Shown piece by piece: positions 55,839-64,000 of a DNA stretch of 64,000 nucleotides. The notes under the pieces are model-generated. The model worked only from the letters and a program-made list of their open reading frames with translations. It was not told the DNA's origin and ran no database searches. Both the position numbers and the translations under genes were made by a program. Location: the IMG/VR virus record IMGVR_UViG_3300009008_000030; one strand, written 5' to 3'. This DNA is from an uncultured virus (IMG/VR IMGVR_UViG_3300009008_000030) (taxonomy: Duplodnaviria; Heunggongvirae; Uroviricota; Caudoviricetes). Positions within the stretch are counted from its first letter, which is position 1, and every line of letters starts with the position of its first letter.

Positions 55839-57019
55839 TCAGTAAGCTACGATCACAGCGAGTTCCAGGCCAGCCAACGGCGCAGCGCCTAGTGTCCAGT
55901 TATTCACCTGTCCATCCGCTGCATCGCGGAAGGTAAGGCGGTTGTTGACCGTATCGCACACCATCGTCGCGCTGACCGGGGCTACCCCGGCGTCTGAAAG
56001 AGTTGCCCCTCCCATGTCGAGACACGCCAATGCCTGCGGTCCCGTGGCGGGGAGACCAATCGCATTGAAGATAGGACCGAGGTTGTAGAAGGTGTCGGCG
56101 TCAGTAAGAGCAACCACACCTGACCAGATGTAGATGTTGCCGCCGCCTTCAACAGCAATCTGCGCGGTGTTGGCTGCGCCTGAGTTAGTAGAGGTAACAG
56201 TGAGCGTTCCCATGATCTTCTCCTACTGCCGAATCACGGCCACGAAGTCAAAAGTAGTGGCTCCGGCTGCGAGGGTGGTTGCGAGACCTGCGGTAGCGCC
56301 GTTCATGCCGAAGAAATCGCACATGCCAGCAGACCCCTCACCAGGGGTAATGCCGATCTGGACACCGTTTCCGGTGGTCGCGTCTGCCAAGGTGCCGCCG
56401 CCTGCATCCCAAAGAGATACCAGAGATGCGCCAGTGAGGTTATATACACCCGCGTTCGCTGAGACGATCCCCGCTGCAAGCTCGGTCATGGTAAAGCCAG
56501 CCTCACCTCCAGCGAATGTTCCATCCACCGAAAAGAAGGTAAGCGTACCGCCTCCCTCACAACCTACCTGAGCGATAATACTCGCTGCTGTTACTCCAAG
56601 AGCCATTGTCGTCTCTCCTAGTTCTTGAGAATAAAAATTGCTGTGGCGTTGAGTTGTACGTCAAGCGCCTGATTCACGGTGCCGTCAGACAAGTTACGGA
56701 AGCTACAGCTATTGACACTGCCTGTAGCGTTGGATTCTGTCGTCCAGCTACACGCCTGTCCCACTGCGCCGTTGGCGTGGAAGCCTCCGGGACCGGGAAC
56801 CCCGAGGGCAGAGGCGATCACGATGGTGTTTGCGTAACTCAAGTTGGTCAGGCCGTTGATGATGCCGTCAGCGCCAGCACCCTCTCCAACGGCTCCCTGA
56901 GTCACCAACTCAAGGTCACCTGCGTTTGTGTCCCACTGCGCCGTGGCAAGGGACAAGAGCCCACCCCCTACAAGGGGAACCTGGGCGAGAATCGAGCCTG
57001 AATCGAAGTTAGTTGGCAT
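55839..57019 (-). CDS. Three small beta-rich structural proteins (55839-56213, 56223-56606, 56618-57019)
   Basis: Gly/Ala/Thr-rich, each with RBS. Similar N-termini (IIAQVGCEGGG, ILAQVPLVGGG, TAQIAVEGGG) suggest paralogy. Confidence 0.65.
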
Positions 57020-57042
57020 GAGAATCTCCTAGAGAGCAAGGA

Positions 57043-57074
57043 AGGGGTCTAGGCCCTGGTGGACCTAGACCCCC
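57043..57074 (-). terminator. Stem-loop directly after the candidate capsid gene
   Basis: aggggtctagg/cctagacccct 11-bp inverted repeat followed by a pyrimidine run on the minus strand. Confidence 0.55.
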
Positions 57075-57084
57075 TCAAAAGCTC

Positions 57085-58641
57085 TTACATGTTCTGCTTC
57101 AAGAAAGAAGCCGGGACGAGACCCTGCGGGCTGCTCATGCCGCCATAGGGGGCCTGGGCGCTGCTGGGCTGGACACCGAACACGTCGTCCACGATGCGGT
57201 CCACGAGGAGGTTGCAGTACGCAATATCCACGTTACCTGCGAGACCCGGCACTCCCGTAGTACCGATCAGGCCGCCGAAAGTGACCTGACAAGTGTTCGT
57301 CGCGGAGAGCAGAGGGTAAAATCTCAGGCCACACATCGAGTGCATACCACCACCACGACCGGACTCGTCACCGATGTAGTTAATGGCCGGGATCGCACCC
57401 TGCTGCGGAAAGAGGCTAGCTCCACCGCGAACTTGCAGATCTTCAACCGTAGGTACGTCAGTCACGTTCGCCTTGAGGGGAGTGGCAATCTCAAAGCCCA
57501 CAATCTGCATTTCGGCCCACGCGATCTGCTCGCTCTGGAGGACGATACCTCCCGCAGCGGCCAGAGCCGGAGTGAGTCGGAACGACGAGGTATTCACATC
57601 GTTCGTCACGTCAGCAGTGAGGACACGCATCGGGATGCGCTGGATGGTGCCGGAGATCGGTGCGCCCTGTGGGAACACATATCCACGACCCTGGCCACCT
57701 CCCAGCGACCCAAGATTGAGGCGCTGCTGCCAGTTGTTGATCTTGCCATAGGTCGAGTCCTCAATGGTCTCGATCACGGCAGACACATACAGAGTGCTGT
57801 CGCCAGCCGGGAACACATCCGTCGAAGCGACGGCGTTCGCGGTGATGGTCACCTCCAACACGTCGGGAGACTGAACGACCGGGTTGTAGCGCAGACCGAC
57901 AAGGTGACGGTCTCCCATGCGGAAAGACTCAACACCAAGCTGACCATCACCGATGATCAGGTTGGGTCCACCACCAACGTGGAGGGCCGAGACCCGAATC
58001 GCATCCCGGTTGCCTGCCGCTGTACTCATGCGCTCGATAAGCAGACCGCGAAGGCGGTAGGTGAGCCAGGGAGTATTGGGCGTCTGCATCGTGAGGGTAC
58101 GAGTACCTGGGCCAACACCCGCAGCTACGAAGGTGTAGGGGTCACCAATCACGCCTGCTACCGGAGTAGACATGGCAGTGGTTGTGAAGGGCAGACGCAT
58201 GTACATGCCTGCGCCTGGGGGGGCCTGGATCAAGCCACCAGCTTGAGAGTAACCTCCCTTGCCGAAGGTTCCACCCTGGCCTTGCCAACCGGGTCCGTTC
58301 TGAGCGATGCGGGGCGCGGGTGCCTGAAATGCAGGCGGGACGTTTCGATTGATGGCCACGGTATTAACCTCCTGTAGCTTTTTTCTGAGCCTAATGAGTT
58401 CGTTGCAGCAGGCCGCATTGACTTGCTGATCTTTCTTGGTGCCAATGCGAGCATTGACCTTGGCACGGAGATTGTTGACAGCCTGCGCTGCATGGGCGTC
58501 TGCGGCGGCCAAAGCGGCTCCCGCAGTTGCTTGATCTCCATTCGCCAAAGCCTGCTTAGCTTGCTCGACTGCGACGAAAACTTCTGGGTGCTGTGCCCGT
58601 GCCTTGGCAGCGCCCGCTTTCTTGATTCTGTTGGAGGCCAT
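57085..58641 (-). CDS. Candidate major capsid protein (tandem beta-rich domains, double jelly-roll-like)
   Basis: Two homologous ~160-aa beta-rich repeats after a helical N-terminus; near the head of the structural operon and followed by a hairpin. Confidence 0.6.
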   Translation of the reverse strand: MASNRIKKAGAAKARAQHPEVFVAVEQAKQALANGDQATAGAALAAADAHAAQAVNNLRAKVNARIGTKKDQQVNAACCNELIRLRKKLQEVNTVAINRNVPPAFQAPAPRIAQNGPGWQGQGGTFGKGGYSQAGGLIQAPPGAGMYMRLPFTTTAMSTPVAGVIGDPYTFVAAGVGPGTRTLTMQTPNTPWLTYRLRGLLIERMSTAAGNRDAIRVSALHVGGGPNLIIGDGQLGVESFRMGDRHLVGLRYNPVVQSPDVLEVTITANAVASTDVFPAGDSTLYVSAVIETIEDSTYGKINNWQQRLNLGSLGGGQGRGYVFPQGAPISGTIQRIPMRVLTADVTNDVNTSSFRLTPALAAAGGIVLQSEQIAWAEMQIVGFEIATPLKANVTDVPTVEDLQVRGGASLFPQQGAIPAINYIGDESGRGGGMHSMCGLRFYPLLSATNTCQVTFGGLIGTTGVPGLAGNVDIAYCNLLVDRIVDDVFGVQPSSAQAPYGGMSSPQGLVPASFLKQNM

Positions 58642-58644
58642 TGG

Positions 58645-59103
58645 TTAGACCGCCACCACTTCTTCGATAACAGCAGCGGGAGCCGCAACAGCCGCCGCAG
58701 CCTCACCCTCGGGGAGAGGCAACTGCGGCACTGCGATGCCAAAGAGCTTGCCGTCCTCGCGCCAGCGGATGCCCTCGGTGCTGACCAGCGACATGAGAGC
58801 AGAAGCTCCCAGGACACTCATCGTGCCCGCGATCATGTTGTTCTCCTGGGCGATGCCGTAGGCGGCTGCGCCAAAGGAAATACCCGCGATCCAAACACGG
58901 GCATCGCCCCACAGGGGAATCTCACCGTCTGCGTCACGCATCCAGCCGTAACGGTAGCCTTCTTCGGGAGTTGCATAGAAAGTCATGGCAGACGCGCCCA
59001 AGAGGGCACCTACACCCGCGAGGCCACCTGTCAGGAAGGTGCCGGGTCCGATTTCGGTGTCTCCGTAGCCCCAAGCGGCTTGACCATAAGATGTGTGATA
59101 CAT
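58645..59103 (-). CDS. Multi-pass membrane protein, first gene of the structural operon
   Basis: Three hydrophobic segments; starts MYHTSYGQAAWGYGD; GGAG RBS. Confidence 0.7.
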   Translation of the reverse strand: MYHTSYGQAAWGYGDTEIGPGTFLTGGLAGVGALLGASAMTFYATPEEGYRYGWMRDADGEIPLWGDARVWIAGISFGAAAYGIAQENNMIAGTMSVLGASALMSLVSTEGIRWREDGKLFGIAVPQLPLPEGEAAAAVAAPAAVIEEVVAV

Positions 59104-59391
59104 GGACTGGTTTCTCCAAGTTGGTTCAGGCGACCCGGCCTGTCATCCAGCCGGAGCGGTCGGACGTAGAGTATCGAGGTCTGATCTCCAACGAAAGCTG
59201 GAAAGATCAAAAACATCAACTTTTTTTACATGCGTCCCGTACTGTCAAACCGACAGGGTTCAATGTGGTGCTGCTCGGGAGCGCAGTCATACAAAGGGGG
59301 CATGTATGTCATTCGGAATGAGGCATGTCCTACCGTATTCATGTAGGACAAGGTTGCATGACACCTGTCCATATCGGTATCTTCCGATCTC

Positions 59392-60483
59392 ATGTGCGCC
59401 GATACCAACAAACTTCGTAGGCGGTTCTGCTCGGCCTGCGCTGCCGTAGTCCGTAGCGGATTGGCGGCCTGCCCCTCGTGTGGCAACACCGCCATGACCA
59501 CGCGCTGGGTGCGCCCAACCCGGCAATCCCGTGCGGCCTCTGTAACGCCCGCATTTCCCTTCCACGGGGTCCAGTGGCCCGAGGGGGTGACCGTCGCTCT
59601 GTCAGCGTCTTTCGGTGTAGGAAAATCCTCATCTGCTGCACTGCTCGGCAATCCCGGCTCAGATGGTAGTCCTCCCATGCTGAAAAACTGGATCACAACA
59701 GAACAAGACCCCACTCCGGTCCAGGCGATGTTCAAGCGGCTCAAGGTGCCGTGCCCGCAGATATGGGCGGCTGACCCTCTCGACCCTGTGGGCTCGGTCA
59801 AGCGAGCGATTCGTACTCAGGTAACGGGGGCCGGGGCCTTGACCGTTCTGGACTCCACTACCCCTCTCGGCATCGACGGTGCGGTGGAGACAATGAACTT
59901 CATTGTGCAGGACTGTCTCAACACAGGGCGACGAGCCATGATGATCTCGCAGCAGAACAAGCAGAAGGAAATCCTCGGCAAGATCGCTCTGGCCTTCATC
60001 CCTGACATTGTGATTGAGATTGACGTTGACCAGTTTGGGCGGCGGCGTCTGCGCGTCTCTAAGAACCGCCACGGGCCTCCCAGCACTACCTACTTCCAGT
60101 TTGGAGAAGAAGGCAAAATCTTGCAGCCCGACTTCACCACCGTCGCTCATAGCGTCGAAGGGGCAGTCATGGACATGCAACTCATCCCCTACGGCCTCCA
60201 TATCAGGGGCGGCAAGTGGGACGGCTTGCTGAGCGCCCTGGACACCCACAGGCTCCTTCCTGACCTGCCAGGGGTAGCCTCAGCCGCTATCAAGACGGGG
60301 GCCACCGCCTGCGGCTTCCTAGCCCCTCCTGATGAGCCCGCTCGCAAAGCTCTCGCAGAATCCCACGGCTTGCGCTGGCTCGATCTTGAAGAAGGAGTAG
60401 ACCTCCTAGCAGATGCACGGCGGCGAGGGCGACAGCCCGCTGCTCCCCCTGAACTCGACCCCCATGAGGATCTTGCACTATGA
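59392..60483 (+). CDS. RadA/Sms-like RecA-family ATPase, divergent and without a recognisable Lon-like domain
   Basis: N-terminal CxxC...CPSC zinc finger, Walker A FGVGKSS, Walker B VLDS, and KNRHG matching the RadA KNRFG motif. Confidence 0.75.
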   Translation: MCADTNKLRRRFCSACAAVVRSGLAACPSCGNTAMTTRWVRPTRQSRAASVTPAFPFHGVQWPEGVTVALSASFGVGKSSSAALLGNPGSDGSPPMLKNWITTEQDPTPVQAMFKRLKVPCPQIWAADPLDPVGSVKRAIRTQVTGAGALTVLDSTTPLGIDGAVETMNFIVQDCLNTGRRAMMISQQNKQKEILGKIALAFIPDIVIEIDVDQFGRRRLRVSKNRHGPPSTTYFQFGEEGKILQPDFTTVAHSVEGAVMDMQLIPYGLHIRGGKWDGLLSALDTHRLLPDLPGVASAAIKTGATACGFLAPPDEPARKALAESHGLRWLDLEEGVDLLADARRRGRQPAAPPELDPHEDLAL

Positions 60484-61583
60484 GCCAGCCCCTTGATATT
60501 CAAGCCCTTCGCACTCCTTCTCCTGAACGCGATGCGCTCCTAGAGGCGCTCGGAGAGGCCCTCGATACGGCCATTGAGAAAGACCTCCAGACCTTGCGTG
60601 CCGTGCTGTGGTACGCCCATGTCCACACCAACGGAGTGCAAGGGGAGTTGCAGCAGTCCGGTCGTCCTGAGTTTCCTGCTGAGGGAGCGAGCGTTGAGCA
60701 ACTTGCTGAGACTTTGATCTCAAGCTACATCGACCGGGCTCCCGGCGATGGGTTCATTGGCCGCATCCGTATGGTCATTGAAGGGGTAGGAGGGGAGGAT
60801 GGAGAACCCCCCCTCGCGACCTTTGAGCGGCTGGTTCAGATCGGTGAGCCCAATCATCAAAGTGCCTATGGAGATCACGGAGGCTTCCTTCCCCCACCCC
60901 CGCCGCCAGGGCGCTACCGAGGCGACCCCTACCGTGACCGAGACCCCTACGGAGGTCGCGGTGGCTATTACGATGACCCCTACAACCAGGGGCCGCCGCG
61001 TATGCCTCCAATGGGGCACGGTTTTATGGGGCCTGACCCCAACAACTTCGGGGATGAGATGAACCAAGAAGAACGCGGCATGGCTATGGCTATGTCTGCT
61101 GCCAACGAGCGCCGACTCGATATGCTCATGCGCCAGCAGCAGTTTCTTCTCCAGCAGAACGTGGAGTCCTACCACCACCAGCAGCAGGTCAATCACAACT
61201 TTCTGCAACTTGTGGGGATCGTTCTCCAACGGTCTCTCCCGGCGCTTGATGTACGCGCTGAACAAGGCGGGGGCGGGGGGATGCACCCTCTTGCCGAGGT
61301 AGCTGGAGGGCTGTTGTCCAGCTTCTTGATGGGGGGAGGGAGCCCCCAAGAGGCACCCCAACAGGCCCCTTCCCCCCCGAGTCCAATGGCTCCCAACCCC
61401 TTGCCTCCCCAGCGCGATGCCTACGTTCCTTATGAGCCTCCTGCTGACGAGGGGTTTGACCTGGACCCTGGCGACATTACTGAGGAAGCAGCGAACGAAT
61501 GGGCGCAGCAAAATCCTGATGCAGCCAAGCGCGTAGCCAAGAACCTCTTGCCCCCGGCCATGAAGAAGTTGATCCCTGATTGA
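60480..61583 (+). CDS. Pro/Gln-rich hypothetical protein
   Basis: ATGA overlap; low-complexity segments and a coiled coil. Confidence 0.7.
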   Translation: MSQPLDIQALRTPSPERDALLEALGEALDTAIEKDLQTLRAVLWYAHVHTNGVQGELQQSGRPEFPAEGASVEQLAETLISSYIDRAPGDGFIGRIRMVIEGVGGEDGEPPLATFERLVQIGEPNHQSAYGDHGGFLPPPPPPGRYRGDPYRDRDPYGGRGGYYDDPYNQGPPRMPPMGHGFMGPDPNNFGDEMNQEERGMAMAMSAANERRLDMLMRQQQFLLQQNVESYHHQQQVNHNFLQLVGIVLQRSLPALDVRAEQGGGGGMHPLAEVAGGLLSSFLMGGGSPQEAPQQAPSPPSPMAPNPLPPQRDAYVPYEPPADEGFDLDPGDITEEAANEWAQQNPDAAKRVAKNLLPPAMKKLIPD

Positions 61584-61601
61584 TCTTAGAAAGGACTCCC
61601 G

Positions 61602-62797
61602 ATGACGACTCCGTGTAAGTTCCTGTGGAACGGCCCCCCTATCAACCTCTCCAATCCCAACGGCGAAGGTAGCCTGGGGATTGTGAAGCAAGGACATGAG
61701 GGGGTGCTGGTCTATCCAGGGCTGGCTGCGTTCTCCCCCGACCTCGCCCTTCTCTACAAAGTGGATGAAGCCCACATCGACACCGATCTTCCCCTAACTG
61801 GTGGGCTCGGAGGATGGGATGGAAAGACCATCACCCCAGCATTGGTCAAGACCCTGTTAGAACTGGACGGGGCGATTCCCACCCTGGTGAAAGTGATGAA
61901 CGACAATCCAGACCTCGGTCCCAAAGTAGTGCAAGGGGTCATGGCCGGAATGGCAGGGTGACATGAAAACTGAGGGCTTCGTTGAGAGTGTGCAGATAAG
62001 GCCACTGGACCCGGCTCAGATCGGTTTGGTCTTAGGGGGAATCATTGGTGCCCTCGTCCAGCACAACGACATAAACAAGGTGCGAGAGTGTGTGCAGATG
62101 TTCGCCAACACAGACGAGATATGGGAGACCATTGAACACGATCTCTGCATCGCCAATGCCGTTCTCCAACCCCTCTCGACCGCTAAGGAGCTTCATAAGA
62201 CCCTAGAGGACAAGAAATGAGTTCCCCCATGCGCGAGCTAGGCCGGGCTGCCTTGATCAGCGGACTCTCTGAGAGGCTCAAAGGAACGTCCTGGGGAGAG
62301 CCAGAAATGGCAGGGGTGGTCAACACCTACCTCATCAACCTGGGGCGCACTGCCAGCATGGCGATCTTCGTGCGCCTCTCCCCCCTGGTAGACATGGGGC
62401 TCGACGTAGCAGATGGAGCCACAGCAGCAGCACAGCTAGTGGCAGTGCAGGCGTTGCCCCAAGATGAGTTCTTCTCGGTGGTGAGCGAAGCCTGGGAGCA
62501 AGCCAATGGAGAGCCTCCCCCCGAGACGCAGGGCTATCGCAACTTCCTGGGAGAGTCTATCCTCGACGCTCTGCGTCGATTGAAAAGGAGTGGATGATGG
62601 GTAAAAAGAGATCTCGCGGAATCGAAATCCCCGCTGGAAAGAGCGTTGTGTTGTTCAATGACGACGGAAGTACCAAGGTCCCTGACCTCAGTGGAAACCG
62701 TGCCTCGCGCCGCAGAGCTACCAGGGCACACGACAAAGAGGTTCAAGCCTTCCTGAGAAAGCAGCAGGAAGATGGAAAGAAGATACGCAACGACTAG
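61602..62797 (+). CDS. Four small hypothetical genes (61602-61961, 61963-62220, 62217-62597, 62594-62797)
   Basis: Tightly coupled co-oriented ORFs with RBSs. Confidence 0.65.
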
Positions 62798-63156
62798 AGT
62801 TCGTATCCTGCTTCTGAGAGCTTCTGCAAGGCATCCTCGGCCCCATAGCCCACCAGGGGTCTCCATCCCCTTTGCTCCAGGGCGCTGAGCCACTCTCTCT
62901 GGGCCTCTGAGACGCTAGAGGGCCTAGACCCTTCCCTTTTCATTTCCAGGGCCACCCCGGCGCTCTGAGGCGCTTGTGGAGGGGGGTCAAAGATGAGCAG
63001 GTCAGGCACTCCGGCCTGTACACCTGAGCGTTTCAAGAGCGCCCCCTCTTTTCGATCTCGACGCCCCCCATTCGGCACCGCTGCAAACAGCACCCCGGCG
63101 GCTCGCAGCTTACCCACTACGATCATCTGCTCGCTCAACTCGCTCGGGGAACCCAC
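62794..63156 (-). CDS. VRR-NUC domain nuclease
   Basis: AVPNGGRR...LKRSGVQAGVPDL...LEMKR...SEAQREW. Confidence 0.9.
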   Translation of the reverse strand: MGSPSELSEQMIVVGKLRAAGVLFAAVPNGGRRDRKEGALLKRSGVQAGVPDLLIFDPPPQAPQSAGVALEMKREGSRPSSVSEAQREWLSALEQRGWRPLVGYGAEDALQKLSEAGYEL

Positions 63157-63219
63157 TGAGGTGGTCTACCTCGACAAGATCAGGTCTGTCAAGTCCCTAA
63201 AATCAGGAGATAAGTGCTG

Positions 63220-63485
63220 TTTTGGTGTAGTTAGAGTGTAGTTAGTGAATCTAGGTAAATACCCTAAATTACTATAGAAATGTAGTTTAGTGTAGTTAGT
63301 GTAGTTAAGTCTGGTAACTCCTACTAGATTTACTCTTGACATACCTTGGTTATTCCCATGACATTCCCTTGACATGCGTTTTGTATTAGTGGAGGTATTG
63401 GCGACAAACTACACTAACTACACTAGATTATTTTTTCTGAGTGATTTCAACCACTTGGTAGTGTAGTTTAGTGTAGTTACGGGGA
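63220..63485. repeat. AT-rich region with GTGTAGTT(T)A iteron-like repeats in both orientations; candidate origin
   Basis: About 7 direct copies plus inverted copies (aactacact) at about 63407-63425. Confidence 0.6.
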
Positions 63486-63716
63486 AAGCTACCAATGGCT
63501 AGTACAAGATTCGCTGCATGGGGTAAAAGAGGTGTCTGAGTTTGGCAGGTGCAGGATGCGGCGTAGCTTCAAGATGGTGACGAGGCGAAAGGGGTACGGG
63601 AAAGAGGGCCGAGTTGCGTCTTGTCCTCCCCCTCCCAACACCTTGGCCATGACCCCCAGGAAGGCGGCGATGGAGGCACCTCAGATCGTGCAGTACCCCA
63701 AAGAGGGCAAGAAGCT

Positions 63717-64000
63717 GTGAAGGACGCTGCGCCCTACCTCAGTGTGGCGGTAGCCGCCACAGGAGCGTTCACCGAGGACTATGAGCCGACCTTGCTTGAG
63801 ATCGGGGTGGTGTTGGTCACTCCTAGCAAGGGCAAGCTCGGTCTCTCCGACACAGGCCAGTTTCACGCCCTGATTCGCCAACCAGAGGACGTACTTAGCG
63901 GCGCACAGTTCAAGCAAGCGGTGCAGTTCCACGGCATCACTCCTGACATGACCATGACGATGGGAGAGGACGAAGCCGACATTCAACTCTCCCTAGAAAT
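63717..64000 (+). CDS. DnaQ/DEDDh exonuclease-like protein with degenerate ExoI motif (3' partial; absent from the ORF track)
   Basis: Manual translation: YLSVAVAATG...LLEIGVV...FHALIRQP...AVQFHGITPDM. Confidence 0.65.
   Translation, partial: MKDAAPYLSVAVAATGAFTEDYEPTLLEIGVVLVTPSKGKLGLSDTGQFHALIRQPEDVLSGAQFKQAVQFHGITPDMTMTMGEDEADIQLSLE

Noticed and set aside
50420..59103. Tailed-phage (HK97) morphogenesis module
   Set aside because: No terminase, portal, tape-measure, sheath or baseplate signatures were recognised, though they could lie outside the window.
1..64000. Diversity-generating retroelement, retron or classical integron as the source of the arrays
   Set aside because: No reverse transcriptase or tyrosine integrase motifs, no adenine-specific TR/VR pair and no attC-like sites were seen in the window.

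Overview
The window looks like part of a GC-rich prokaryotic dsDNA virus genome, or a provirus-like element. Genes are densely packed with Shine-Dalgarno sites and ATGA/TGATG overlaps. No rRNA, tRNA, CRISPR array or host housekeeping operon is visible. Recognisable modules: (1) replication, with family A DNA polymerase, putative SSB, SF2 helicase, DUF932-like protein, PD-(D/E)XK nuclease, Cro-like repressor and primase-SF3 helicase; (2) an 'early' region of small genes separated by a repeated structured intergenic element; (3) a serine recombinase; (4) cell-envelope genes: M15 peptidase, two SGNH hydrolases, a peptidoglycan-binding protein, and holin- and spanin-like proteins; (5) a probable virion module with many membrane-anchored proteins, a transglutaminase-like Cys protease and a 518-aa internally duplicated beta-rich protein (candidate double jelly-roll capsid protein). 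I see no terminase, portal or tail genes. The most striking feature is two arrays (1-6816 and 41151-50417) of modular polyprotein-like genes. Small, mostly unrelated domains, and a whole SNF2 ATPase, are strung together by about 40 copies (manual count) of an in-frame (S/G)ARGRRA linker. Most of these genes start with a hydrophobic Gly/Ala-rich leader, and five leaders are near-identical 81-nt copies (MSYAKLGMAAxGAAAAYGxSRGxGRR). My inference is a shuffled, virion-targeted, protease-processed cargo cassette system. All family assignments come from motifs recognised by eye; no database search was run.
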